A stretch of DNA of 64,000 nt from Octopus vulgaris (GCA_951406725.2 OX597815.1:19592001-19656000); one strand, 5' to 3'; shown: positions 1 through 12,421, counted from the stretch's first letter. Translations and numbers: made by a program. Notes: generated by a model not told the origin, from the sequence alone.

Positions 1-194
1 AGTTTGAGGAATTATTTTCTGTATTTACTACAACGGCTAACATAATCCTTCAATATAATGCTGCCTTAATCCATCTTAAATCAATACTTAAAGAAAAGAC
101 AAATTAATTGCGGTAATTGGTTCTAAGACATCAGGGTGGAGAACAAACATATATATATCTGACCTCCATTACATACTATAATTATTTCCTCTCG

Positions 195-225
<31 letters not shown>

Positions 226-482
226 CACACATACACGTCTGTCTGACCGACTGACTATCTGTGTGTGTATATCTATCACACCATCTAACTCTCTGTCTAT
301 GTATCGACCTATCTATCAGTCCAGCCAGCCATCTATCTTTAATCTACCTGCTAATCTTGCCTCGGTGAACCATAGATCAGTGAATCAAAAATACACATGT
401 AGCCTCTCTCTATCTATCTCTTTCTCTCTCTCGCTTGCTCGCTCTCCCTCTCTCAACCCCTCTCTCTCTCTCTCTTTCTCTT

Positions 483-484
<2 letters not shown>

Positions 485-530
<46 letters not shown>

Positions 531-625
531 TCTATGTCCAGTGAAAATAATAATAATTAATCTTGGAATGAAACAGCGGCTTTACTGGCATGAGTGCAAT
601 ACCCTAACCTCTAGACCATTAGCCC

Positions 626-697
<72 letters not shown>

Positions 698-731
698 GTA
701 TATACATATATATACATATATATGTATATGT

Positions 732-762
<31 letters not shown>

Positions 763-780
763 CATATATGTACGTATATA

Positions 781-842
<62 letters not shown>

Positions 843-905
843 TGCATGTATGTATGTATGTATGTATGTATGTATGTATGTATGTATGTATGTATGTATG
901 TGTGT
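485..905. repeat. Compound (TA)n/(TATG)n microsatellite block
   Basis: Direct reading; it explains the YIYI/MYVC ORFs. Confidence 0.95.
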
Positions 906-1777
906 ATGTAATATTAAATTAGAGTTATTTACTATAAAGCAAGTTTATGAATAACCGCAATATTTATTGTTAGGAAGATTCAATTGTGAAAGCAAGAGTC
1001 AAATTAATTATATTCTGACACGCATTCTAAGACATGTCTGACGGCGGTCAGATTGAGATGCTGTACCAGTCAAAACGAATTTTATAACACACACGTACAC
1101 ACACACACAAAATACACACACACACACACAACACACAAAACACACACACACACACACAACACACAAAACACACACACACGCGCACACATGCATACATACA
1201 CACATACATTCATATCACAGTCTCGCTCTATTGATCAGTTTTTGTAGCTTTTATATTTATGTTTAAATTATTGCACGTTTCCAGCTAATCTACCTGTTTA
1301 TTAATCTATCAAATTTGCGTACTATCACTCTTAGTTATACACTTACTCTCCTTCTTTCTCTCTCTTCCTCTCTTTGTTTCTCTCTTCCTAACTCTCTCTC
1401 TCCCTCTCTCCCCCCCTCTCTCTCTCTCTCTCTCTCACACTACAGCCATTTTAGTTTTCCTTTCTGAGCCTCTCTCTTGCTTTCCACCTATTTATCTCCA
1501 CATATACAGATTCTCATAATCACTGAATCTGTATATTTACGTCATCTCTTCTCATCACTGTGTCTGTGTATCCGTTTCCTTAAAAATGTTATAGAACGTT
1601 TTGTCTCATGAGTAGAGACATACATCTAGAAACCATATAATTAGACAGTCGAAAGATTCCTTCGGAATTGTCCTAATCTTTATTTTCATTTTCTTAAGCA
1701 TGCACTAAAATATATACATAGATAAGCATACATACTACACATACATAAGCGCGCGCGAGTATATGTGTGTGAATATA

Positions 1778-1813
<36 letters not shown>

Positions 1814-1816
1814 CAT

Positions 1817-2155
1817 GGAGGCGCAATGGCCCAGTGGTTAAGGCAGCGGACTCGCGGTCGTAGAATCGCGGTTTCGATTCCCAGACCGGGCGTTGTGAGT
1901 GTTTATTGAGCGAAAACACCTAAAGCTACACGAGGCTCCGGCAGGGGGTGGTGGCGATCCCTGCTGTACTCTTTCACCACAACGTTCTCTCACTCTTACT
2001 TCCTGTTTCTGTTGTACCTGTATTTCAAAGGGCCGGCCTTGTCACTCTCTGTGTCACGCTGAATATCCCCGAGAACTACGTTAAGGGTACACGTGTCTGT
2101 GGAGTGCTCAGACTGTGGATCTAAAGCGGAACCCTCGTCGTCGTAACCGACGGAG
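1817..2155 (+). mobile_element. tRNA-derived SINE, family A
   Basis: Head GGAGGCGCAATGGCCCAGTGGTTAAGGC with A box (TGGCCCAGTGG) and B box (GGTTTCGATTCCC), followed by a GC-richer body; abuts a (TA)n tract. Confidence 0.85.
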
Positions 2156-2192
2156 TAATATGGCAAAAAAAAATGTATGACATTGTAACAGG

Positions 2193-2430
2193 GGCAGCGA
2201 GGTGCGAGAATCGATAGCGCATCGGACAAAAGGCTTACCAATACTTCTTTCGGTTCTCTAGCTTCTAGGTTCAAATACTTCCGAGGTCAATTTGGCCTTT
2301 CATTCTTTCTGGGTCGAGAAAATAGAATACCAGCTGAACACTAGGGTCAAAGTAATCGACTTAATCCGTTTGTCTGTCCTTGTTTGTCCCCTCTGTGTTT
2401 AGCCCCTTGTGGGTTGTAAAGAAATAGGTA
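2193..2430 (+). mobile_element. tRNA-derived SINE, family C (copy 1 of a local duplication)
   Basis: Homologous to 14441-14675 (GGTTCAAAT..GAGGTCAA..CCTTTCAT..GGGTCGA..TACCAG body and CGACTTAATCC..GTTTGTCCCCTCT tail). Confidence 0.8.
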
Positions 2431-2567
2431 TATATATATATATATGAATACATATGTTCTTGCTTATATTTGATTCTATAAGTGAGAGAACGAGCTCTCA
2501 TTGCAGGTACGAACTTTGATTGGATAATATGGCCAAAAAAAATGGATGACATTGTAACTGTAGTGAA

Positions 2568-2780
2568 GGCAGCGAGGTGCGAGAATCGATAGCGCATCGG
2601 ACAAAAGGCTTACCAATACTTCTTTCGGTTCTCTAGCTTCTAGGTTCAAATACTCCCGAGGTCAATTTGGCCTTTCATTCTTTCTGGGTCGAGAAAATAG
2701 AATACCAGCTGAACACTAGGGTCAAAGTAATGGACTCCGCTCTACCTTTAAAACTGCTGCCCTTGAGCCAAAATTCTAAT
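2568..2780 (+). mobile_element. tRNA-derived SINE, family C (copy 2 of a local duplication)
   Basis: Near-identical to 2193-2356, then a different tail. Confidence 0.8.
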
Positions 2781-3225
2781 TGATAGCTGTAGTGTGAACA
2801 ATCAGGAATGGAATTACAGGTATAATGTACAAAGCGATATAAACGCTATAAAATCATATACATGTGTTTATAAATAAATGTATATAAATTTTAGTAAAGA
2901 ATTAAAATGTACGAATATATAAAATGCAATGGTCCAAGTATTTTACGTTGCTGAGTTTTCTAAATTCTGACCAACACAGACTAGATATTGAGGCTTGACT
3001 CAGCCATTAGGAAATTTATACTTGTAAAGTATAGGTGCGTCTGTAACGGCTTTAGATATTTGATTGATCATTTAACCTATAGATGTCTTGAAATTATATA
3101 AATAACTTTTCAATTACAACAGAGTTCATTCAACTGAAAGTTCATTGACCCACGACGAAAAGGAATATGAATTCTTTATGTAATTGTAAACGCTATTGAT
3201 ACGATTTCTTTTAAATTCAGATATA

Positions 3226-3388
3226 GGCATAGGAATGGATGTGTGATAAGTAGCTTACTTACGAACCACATGGTTCCGGGTTCAGTCCTATAGCGTGGCA
3301 CCTTGGGCAAGTGTCTTCTACTATAGCCTCGGGCCGACCAAAGCCTTGTGAGTGGATTTGGTAGACGGAAACTGAAAGAAGCCCGTTG
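3226..3388 (+). mobile_element. tRNA-derived SINE, family B (5' half)
   Basis: Matches the first ~165 bp of 19208-19620, including the CORE-like CCTTGGGCAAG motif; ends at the internal TA tract. Confidence 0.9.
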
Positions 3389-3394
3389 TATATA

Positions 3395-3443
<49 letters not shown>

Positions 3444-3708
3444 CCTGCAAAATAAATAAATAAATAGGTAAATAAATAAATGAATAAATAAAGAGACTAT
3501 ATTTTTTTCTAATAACATTTTTTCATTCCATATTATCCATCCAGTGATCACAATGATATTTCCGGAGCGCGTTTGTTTTAGATAAAATTTTGCATCCTAC
3601 TTTTCACAATCGTCAGAAGATCGGCAACGAGAATGTTGGATTGTCGATATTTAAAGTTTCAGCCAACATTAATCTATGTGGGAAGTTCCTATTTGTATAG
3701 GTGCGTGA

Positions 3709-3712
<4 letters not shown>

Positions 3713-3762
<50 letters not shown>

Positions 3763-3966
3763 GTATGTGTGTGTGTCTGTGTGTGTGTATGTATGTGTGT
3801 GTGTATGTATGTATGTATGTATGTATGTATGTATGTATGTATGTATGTATGTATGTATGTATATGTATGTATGTATGTATGTATGTATATATGTATGTAT
3901 GTATGTATGTATTTATGTATGTATGTATGTATGTATGTATGTATGTATGTATGTGTGTATATATAA
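3713..3966. repeat. (TA)n/(TATG)n microsatellite
   Basis: Direct reading. Confidence 0.95.
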
Positions 3967-4244
3967 CGGAATCGGATTCGAGTGATGGCTGCAAGTGCGA
4001 GCCAAAAGTGACCAGACATCCCATGGTGGCATCTCTTGAAGGTACGATACTCTCGTCAGCAGCAGAGTTTGTCATGAACTCCAGCTGAAAGTTAATGAAA
4101 GCACAGTCTCGTGTGAATATAATATTTGCGTCGATATTTCAGTACATAAATTTAATTAAGTTAAATCGATTTGAGCAAAGATCTGATTGTCATGGTGACT
4201 ATTGTCACATGAGTTCCTGAAGAGAAAAACCATCGATGAGACAT

Positions 4245-4262
4245 CATATATATATATATATA

Positions 4263-4353
<91 letters not shown>

Positions 4354-4394
4354 ATGTATATATATATATAGATAGATAGATATATAGATATATG

Positions 4395-4442
<48 letters not shown>

Positions 4443-4445
4443 TAG

Positions 4446-4504
<59 letters not shown>

Positions 4505-4560
4505 AGTGTGTGTGCGTATGTATGCATAAATGTATGTATGTATGTATCTGTGTGTGTGTG
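4245..4560. repeat. (TA)n-dominated compound microsatellite
   Basis: Direct reading. Confidence 0.95.
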
Positions 4561-5192
4561 TGTTTGTACCAATGGAGAGAGAATGTGAAAGAGAGACAGA
4601 GCAAGTGTTTGCTCTGAAAGATGGCTGGGTGACTAAAAGAGAGAAACAAAGGGAGGGGAAGAGAGAGAGAGAGAGAGAGAGAGTAGTGCAATTACAGGTG
4701 GTAATAACATATATGTGGGCGTTTTCTATTTCAGAATTATCCATCAAACACAGTGTCTACTTACAAATCCATCATGTACACTGCTATGCCTTATCTGTTA
4801 CGAACAAAACATCCAGATGTCTATAAATATTGTTTGAACTGAGAAATCAATGAGTTTGCTTTGAGATTTCCAAGTATAAGATGTTATTTCTCCACGTCGT
4901 TATATTTTTGAAACATATGCATTAGCACGCACAAACGTAGATAGACTATAAACACATAATTTCATACATATATATCCATATACATACATACATACATACG
5001 TACATAAATACGTACATACATACATGTATACATACATACATGCATACATACATATCTACATACTTTTTGAACTCGAGAGTATGTGTGTAGAGAGAGTGAG
5101 AGATAGATAGATACATAGATACATAGATCTGGGTATATATATGTATATATGCATATATATACGCATATTGATATATATATATCCGTATATAT

Positions 5193-5240
<48 letters not shown>

Positions 5241-5341
5241 TTCCATTTATAAGTATATACTTACGTAATACATATATATATATATTCATATATATGTATA
5301 GACATATATATATATATATACGTATATATGTATAGACATAT

Positions 5342-5372
<31 letters not shown>

Positions 5373-5410
5373 CATATATAGAGATACATATATATATATG
5401 TATGTGTATA

Positions 5411-5446
<36 letters not shown>

Positions 5447-5859
5447 TATATGTACGTATGTATATATATTGGTGTACGAACTGCACAAGGTATACTCTAC
5501 ACGTCATAGTGTCTATTTATTTGCTCTAAGCTAGTAATGCTCTCTATCGCCATGTGTTTGTATTGATATAACTTCGCCAGATTCAAGTCGATGTAAGCGG
5601 TCTCTGACATATCTGTAATTAAAGACGGAACTTGCCGTATTGATCCGTACTTCTGGCTTCCGAAACTCCTGCAGATAATCTACAGGATGTATATTTTGCC
5701 AGCGTATCTAAATATGTTTCTAAAGCATATTCTACATGACTTCGCTATACGTATATATATACTTTCATAATCTTACTGAGATGAAACTTTTGTCATTCTT
5801 TTGTACACTCTCTCTCGCGCGCCAGCACTTATGCATACGTATAGATTTAGATAGAGAAA

Positions 5860-5991
5860 TACATACACACATACATACATACATACATACATACATACAT
5901 ACATACATACATACATACATACGTACGTAGGTACATACATACATACATACATACATACATACATACATACATACATACATACATACATACA

Positions 5992-6025
<34 letters not shown>

Positions 6026-6076
6026 CATACATACATTTGTAAATGCATGGATACATAGATAGATAGACAGACAGAC

Positions 6077-6155
<79 letters not shown>
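5860..6155. repeat. (CATA)n followed by (AGAT)n tetranucleotide arrays
   Basis: Direct reading. Confidence 0.95.
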
Positions 6156-6173
6156 CACACAGACAGAGAGACA

Positions 6174-6262
6174 ACTGGTCATCCACAAACAACATTACCG
6201 GGATTTGTGCCTCGGAGGGGAAGTTTCTAGGTGCAATTCCATGATCATTCGTGACCAAAGGA
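6174..6262 (+). mobile_element. 3' fragment of SINE family D
   Basis: Aligns by eye to 35840-35928 (..TTGTGCCT.GGAGGG..A.TTTCTAGGTGCAAT.CCATG..). Confidence 0.7.
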
Positions 6263-7016
6263 AGTTTTAAAAAGTATATATATGAAGCTCATATTTGTGT
6301 AGTGAATAATATTTTTGACCTTTTGTATTGTATATTTTATTCTAACATTATATCTACAGCATTTTTACCAACATTTATGATTGTATTATACTCGAGTAAA
6401 GAAAGGTCTTATGTGAAGTCGCCAAGAGATAGAGGAGTCAAATGTAAGTCAAATCATATTCTAAAGTGTTCAGAAAGGATTAGCCGTACTGGATTTTGTA
6501 TTCTAAGTAAGGGCACACATATTTCTGATGCAACATGACTGAAAAAATAGGGCAAGGATACCAGGGAACTAGAGCCAACCATGAACAATATGCATTTTAT
6601 GATCAGCTTTGGCATTTACCAGTGATGGTGATTTTAACATTAGAGAGCGTTATTAGAATTTCAGCACGACAACGGCTGGAGTAATTTCAAACGAGAAACA
6701 CAGAAGTAAATTCGTTAATATTGGGTGATTATGTGAACGACAGCACAAACAACATCAGTTGTAAATATTTTTGGAACGTGAGTGTGTGTGTGTGAGAGAG
6801 AGAGAGAGAGTATGTGTATGTGCGTTTTTGCATGCGTGCGTGCGTGAGTATGTGTGTGTGTGTGTGTGTATGTGCACAAGTGTATGTATATGTGTATTTA
6901 AAAAAAACAACTTAGAAATCTGGATTCAGAGAAGGAAGTAGAAACCACAGTAAGCATTCCCGCAAGGAATCGGCACTCAGTTCATGCAACTGTAAATCCA
7001 AGATATTGGAAGAGAG

Positions 7017-7098
<82 letters not shown>

Positions 7099-7583
7099 CA
7101 CCCTGTAGTTGCTCTGTTGATATGATCAATATTTCGTTCAAAATATTTCACTATGAATATCTAATCAAATCAAACTGCAAACCAAAATATTTACAGGAGT
7201 TTCTCTGATTACTATTATGATGCTGCGTTATATGTGTTGATTCCGAGCAGACTTAAAATATTCAAAATATCAGTAAAAGTAGACACACGAATGTAAGCAA
7301 AATATCACGTGCTTCACCCATGCTTCAGTCTTTCTTCACTCTTTTATGAATATACATTTATGAATATACATTCACCTGCCACATAAAGAAAATTCCAAAC
7401 AATCTCACACAACGTATTGCTAATTCTTACAAACACAATTTGAATGTACTTTTATATAACCTTAACTCAAATTTCTGCGATTGTCACAAGCCTAATGATT
7501 GTCCTGTGGAAATCAAATTCCAATTCAAAGACTAATGTCAGTCAACAGTGAACAAATATACTTTCTCCAAGATAACAGATTTT

Positions 7584-8018
7584 GGGTCTTTTCGGTTTGA
7601 ACGGCAGTTTTTAACATAATTTCTAGGTAACTAAAAAATTTTAAACTTCGTATGCTGGTAGAATGTGTTTATAAAACATCTTTTTCTCTTGGCTTTATTG
7701 AGAAAATTCTATAGTTTGTGAGATATTTGGTCTTTAATTTCTTGCATTTTGGCAATTTCAACCAATCAATGACCGTCTATTGAGGTGAAAACATTATGTG
7801 CCATATGAATATGTCCCTCGTTTAAGAAACAGATTGGGTTTATTTACATTTGTGAAGAAAAAAAAAGATACCCTTCTCCCCACCCCAAACCCTAACCCTA
7901 ACTAACCCTAAATCTAAAATAGATTGAAATGCAATAGATCGATACTAGGGTCATAATTATGGGTGACAATTTCATATGACCCCGCTAGAAAAAACTGCCG
8001 TTCAAACCGAAAAGATCC
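7584..8018. mobile_element. MITE / non-autonomous DNA transposon with ~29-bp TIRs and an 8-bp TSD
   Basis: TIRs GGGTCTTTTCGGTTTGAACGGCAGTTTTT / AAAAACTGCCGTTCAAACCGAAAAGATCC; CAGATTTT duplicated at 7576-7583 and 8019-8026. Confidence 0.9.
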
Positions 8019-8503
8019 CAGATTTTAAATCTATATACTACCAACATACAATAATGCTTCGCAAATAAAATAGATTTTATGAAATACTGTTTCCCAAAGC
8101 ATCACATCTTGATAAACATTCTTCGAATACATATCTTCTTGCTCATATTGAAGATTTAAAAGTTTGCAATATTTCAAAATTTCTATTTACCTAAATACGC
8201 AAACACACATGAATCTGATATTTACATATAACCATCTCAAAGATGTCATAAACATGTAACACCTGTATATTTTGAAATATGTAACACCTGTATCAGTTTA
8301 TCACTTAAGCAATCATCTATTTCTTCAGCATGGATAACTTCTCTTAGCTTAATTATCATCGACTTTGAAACTCTATTAAACTTTCGTAACCTTCCCCGTT
8401 GATTTATTTGCACACTTATGGTTTGCTATGCAACACACACACACACATACACACACACACACACACATACACACACACATAAATATATATATATATATAT
8501 ATA

Positions 8504-8651
8504 ATGGTCCCGGGTTTAGTCCCACTGCGTGACACTTTGGGCAAGTGTCTTCTACTATAGCATGGGCCGACCAAAGCCTTGTGAGTGGATTTGGTAGACG
8601 GAAATTGAAAGGGTCGAAACAAACCCGAGCAACGCCGGGCGATACTACTAG
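8504..8651 (+). mobile_element. SINE family B internal fragment fused to a Helitron 3' terminus
   Basis: 8504-8611 matches SINE B; 8619-8651 ACAAACCCGAGCAACGCCGGGCGATACTACTAG|T matches the 3' end of the Helitron at 9504-9898. Confidence 0.75.
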
Positions 8652-8974
8652 TTATTTGTAACAAGTAAGTAATATATAATATCGTAGATGTTGTTATGGG
8701 AGTGAGGAAGGTATTTTTGCGGCTTGCCCCGGGCGCGTCCTTTTACCCATGTTCCATATTAGAAGTTAATTTAAATAAATACAACTCTCTACCTATTTCA
8801 AGACTCCAACTTAAATTGCACTAAATGTTAGTAACACGTTTTGTTTATTTAACATGTAAATGCCCTCAAGCTCTTTTATTACATATTTCAAGTGCTTTGT
8901 AATTTGTTAAAACTATTTGACAATATTTAAGAAAATCAACATTTAAGTCTATTTTCAAAATGTTAGTATAATAT

Positions 8975-9327
8975 TTCGTTTTTGGATTTGGTTTGCAAGA
9001 TTCTTTATGTGAGTTCGTGTGTTGAAGCATATTCTGTTGTGTCTGGGGAGAGTCATTTTCTTTTTGTACCTTATAATGTAACACACTCACCAGTAAAATT
9101 TCTACTTTTTTTTTCTTATTTTTATTTTCCTAAAATTTTCTTTGCGTCTTGCAACCTTTTCAATAGTCAAGACAATAGTCAAGTTACATTATAAGGCACA
9201 AAAAGAAACTGACTCTCCCCAGACACAACAGAAGATCTAAACTGTTAATATATGAATGCGAAAGAGATAGTTTCTTATTTTTATTTTTCTAAAATTTTCG
9301 TTGCGTCTTACAACCTTTTCAATAGTC
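8975..9327 (-). mobile_element. Rearranged Penelope-type pseudo-LTR-like repeat with an internal inversion and a duplicated HHR-like segment
   Basis: Second copy at 17381-17530; inverted repeat 9032-9082/9183-9233; direct repeat 9110-9168/9271-9327. Confidence 0.6.
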
Positions 9328-9503
9328 TGTCTTTCCATTTTCCTAAAATTTCATTCAATTTTTCCCTCTCGCCATATCGTGACTAATCTACGTTCCATTT
9401 TCTCTTTTCTTCTTGTAATCCTCATGCATCCAGTTTATTAAAAATAAATTAAATTCTGTACATCCCTCTATACACAAATTCTTCAATAAACAATTATATT
9501 TTA

Positions 9504-9898
9504 CTAGCAGTATCGCCCGGCGTTGCTCGGGTTTGTAAGGGAAATAACTATATAAGCATTTTTAGAGATGTAAAGTATAATAGCCATCTCAATATGGCTA
9601 ACCACAAAGGGGGGGGTGTTACTGTAGCTTTTTACGTTCCGAGATTTAATAATACATTTTTAGAGAGTTACTTCCCTTATATAATAGCAAAAAATGCATT
9701 AAAAATGGGGAAAAATAATGGTATTTTTTTTTTAAATCGTAGACTCATCGTAGACGCGCGCTAATACCCAGAAGGGCTCGATATGAATCACGACTATAAG
9801 ATACCCGCTTTTGGTTACACTGCACCGCAAAATGTGGGAGTAGTTAGGAATCTAAATCGTAGGAGACAGACACACAACTTCACTTTTATATATAAAGA
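9504..9898 (-). mobile_element. Non-autonomous Helitron (~395 bp)
   Basis: On the minus strand: A|TCTTTATATATAAAAG 5' end, subterminal hairpin CCCGAGCAACGCCGGG, CTAG|T 3' end, inserted in AT with no TSD. Confidence 0.88.
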
Positions 9899-10806
9899 TT
9901 ATATATATTTGGTTCATGCAACTCCTAACAATGTGTTACAATATTAAATTTACCATATAACTATGTGAAATTCTACAACATACACTATCCCATATTTTTT
10001 CCGTTTCCTTTCACGTCCACGCAATCCTATTTCTGTCCCTACTTTCCGTGATAAATCAAATTTTTAACTATCGAATATATGAGTTACTTCCCTTACACTA
10101 CCCTTCATAAATCTAATAAATCACTTAATCTACCTATTAGCATTACCCGAGGAAATTCCAGGTTTGTCTTGAAAATTGTTTGGAAGGTTATAGAGACGTA
10201 TCAAATGTATAATTTCATTTGATATGGTATATTCTTTGAATCATTTGATTCCTGTGTAAAAGTACACATACGTATAAATGTGCAGCCTTAGGAAATAAAA
10301 TCTCTGAAAGCTATAGTCCTTCTTATACACTTGTCAGCTCTCCTGCTTGAAAATTACTATGTATTGTTTTTGTTTTTTACTCTGTTCAAGAAGTAAACAG
10401 ACTTAAGTACGAAATGACATCAAAGATATAATTTCTGTACTGCTATTGTTTTACTCTACATCTATGCTGGTAACAATGTTTATATGCTTTAAAAAACCTT
10501 AATGTGTTGTATAACATCCGTATTTTCATATCAGTGAACTCTTCGTATTGCTAGATCTCAGCTCACAGCCCCAGTGAACGAAATATAGCAACTGCGCCAT
10601 TGAACTGTAGAGTCAGAAAAATATTATCAGTACTATAGACATGGGCATGGATGTATGGTTACGAAGTTCACTTCGTAACCACATGGTCTTTGCTTCGGTT
10701 CCATTGCGAAACCTCTTTTACAAGAATCGTCCAATATACACTCGTGTTAATTAGTACCTAGAGGCAGATACAGTTATTGAAGCCAATCTTATATATATAC
10801 ATATGC

Positions 10807-10910
<104 letters not shown>

Positions 10911-10935
10911 GAGTAAGTATTTCATTTATGTCTCA

Positions 10936-11006
10936 CGTATTTATCGCTGAAGAGGGGAAAATTCTTATGAATTAACCCCGAAATTGGGACCAATACGGTA
11001 ATAACG
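10936..11006 (+). ncRNA. Type I hammerhead ribozyme, canonical core
   Basis: Stem I TTATCG/CGGTAA; CTGAAGA (10947-10953); stem II GGGG/CCCC; GAAA (10980-10983); stem III ATTG/CAAT; AUA triplet, predicted cut after 10995. Confidence 0.8.
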
Positions 11007-11129
11007 GATATTTTAGAAATTTCTATCGGTTTGTTTCGAGATGCATAAATTATAATAATTATTGATAATTTTGTCCTTTTTTTCGGCATATTTAGCATTA
11101 GAATTTTTCTTTTGCCCTTATTTTGTAAA

Positions 11130-11194
<65 letters not shown>

Positions 11195-11409
11195 CCAAAC
11201 TACTGAACAAATTTTCATAAAAATTCTTAATCATTTGGGGTCGCATCATTAAGTCTGAATTGTAAAATAAATAAAAACAACAGTAAGATTTGTTTTGATG
11301 CACGATACAATGGTAATATGAGTGAGTGTTTATGTGTGTGTATATGTGTGTGTGTGTGTGTCAGTGTGTGTAATGATATAGATATATATATATGTATATA
11401 TATATGAAT

Positions 11410-11535
11410 TTTTTTTTGCCTAATGAGGCAAAATAAAACCAAGGTTGTATAGATATTAGACCATTTATAGATAGGTCTTACAGCTGTTTCTAGAATATTA
11501 ATTAATAATAATATCCCTTCATCGGGGGACACCAT
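11410..11535 (-). mobile_element. Penelope-type pLTR-like fragment with a degenerate HHR motif
   Basis: Minus strand CCGATGA-A-GGGATATTA..TAATATTCT-A-GAAA-CAGCTG-TA; palindromic stem III; imperfect stem I; flanked by (TA)n. Confidence 0.55.
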
Positions 11536-11540
11536 TATCT

Positions 11541-11582
<42 letters not shown>

Positions 11583-12390
11583 CGCACACACGCATGTACA
11601 TACATACATGCATATGGACAGATATACGTATGTACATACACTCGCACGCACAAATATACTCAGACTTACCCATCACAAACAGACACACACACACTCACAC
11701 GCGCATGCGCACGCACGCACATATACAGACATACGTATATAGCGTGTAACAAATGATTCTATGTTATGCTGAGCATATGTACCTCTATATCTGCTCTTTT
11801 GTGTGACTATTTGTGATTTGTGTGATGTGCATCTGTGAACATGTGCATGTGTACATATGTATATGTAGGATTCTGTGTGTAAATAATTCTGTTTGAACGT
11901 CTGTGTGTAGTTCTGCGTGTATATATGAAAGAGCAAGCGTGACAGAGAGTACATGCACACGCATAGTGGAACACAGTAGAGTTTCAGGTTGTTAGCAGTA
12001 GCATCCAAACCACGTCTGTTAATGGCAATGTATAGGTAGAATACGTCGATAAATTTCTTTTATTTTTGTCTCTCCCTTTCAACATTTCTTCTGCCTATAA
12101 AGAGATTTTAGAAATGCAAGGTTGACTTGGAGCTGTGCCCACTCTCTTTCGTGCCTAAGCTGAAATATGAAGAATATCTAGGTAGGAGAAAATGGTTTTC
12201 CGATTCTGAAGACTGCGAAGAAATACTGCTCAAATATATCCAATATTCCAACTAAACAGATTCAAAGAATAAAACTGAGATATATGTCGGGAATAGATAT
12301 TTCTCGTACACTAGATATAACCTATTTTTGTTTTTCTCTTGATGGTAGACTCCATAATTTTATTTTTATATACATACATACATACATACA

Positions 12391-12421
<31 letters not shown>

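Noticed and set aside
1817-1892. tRNA gene (and similar heads at 14441, 19208, 35605)
   Set aside because: The cloverleaf is imperfect and runs into multicopy SINE bodies
263-6258. Numerous ORFs of YIYI, MYVC, HTHT and LSIY type (also throughout the window)
   Set aside because: They are translations of microsatellites that lack stop codons, with no coding signal
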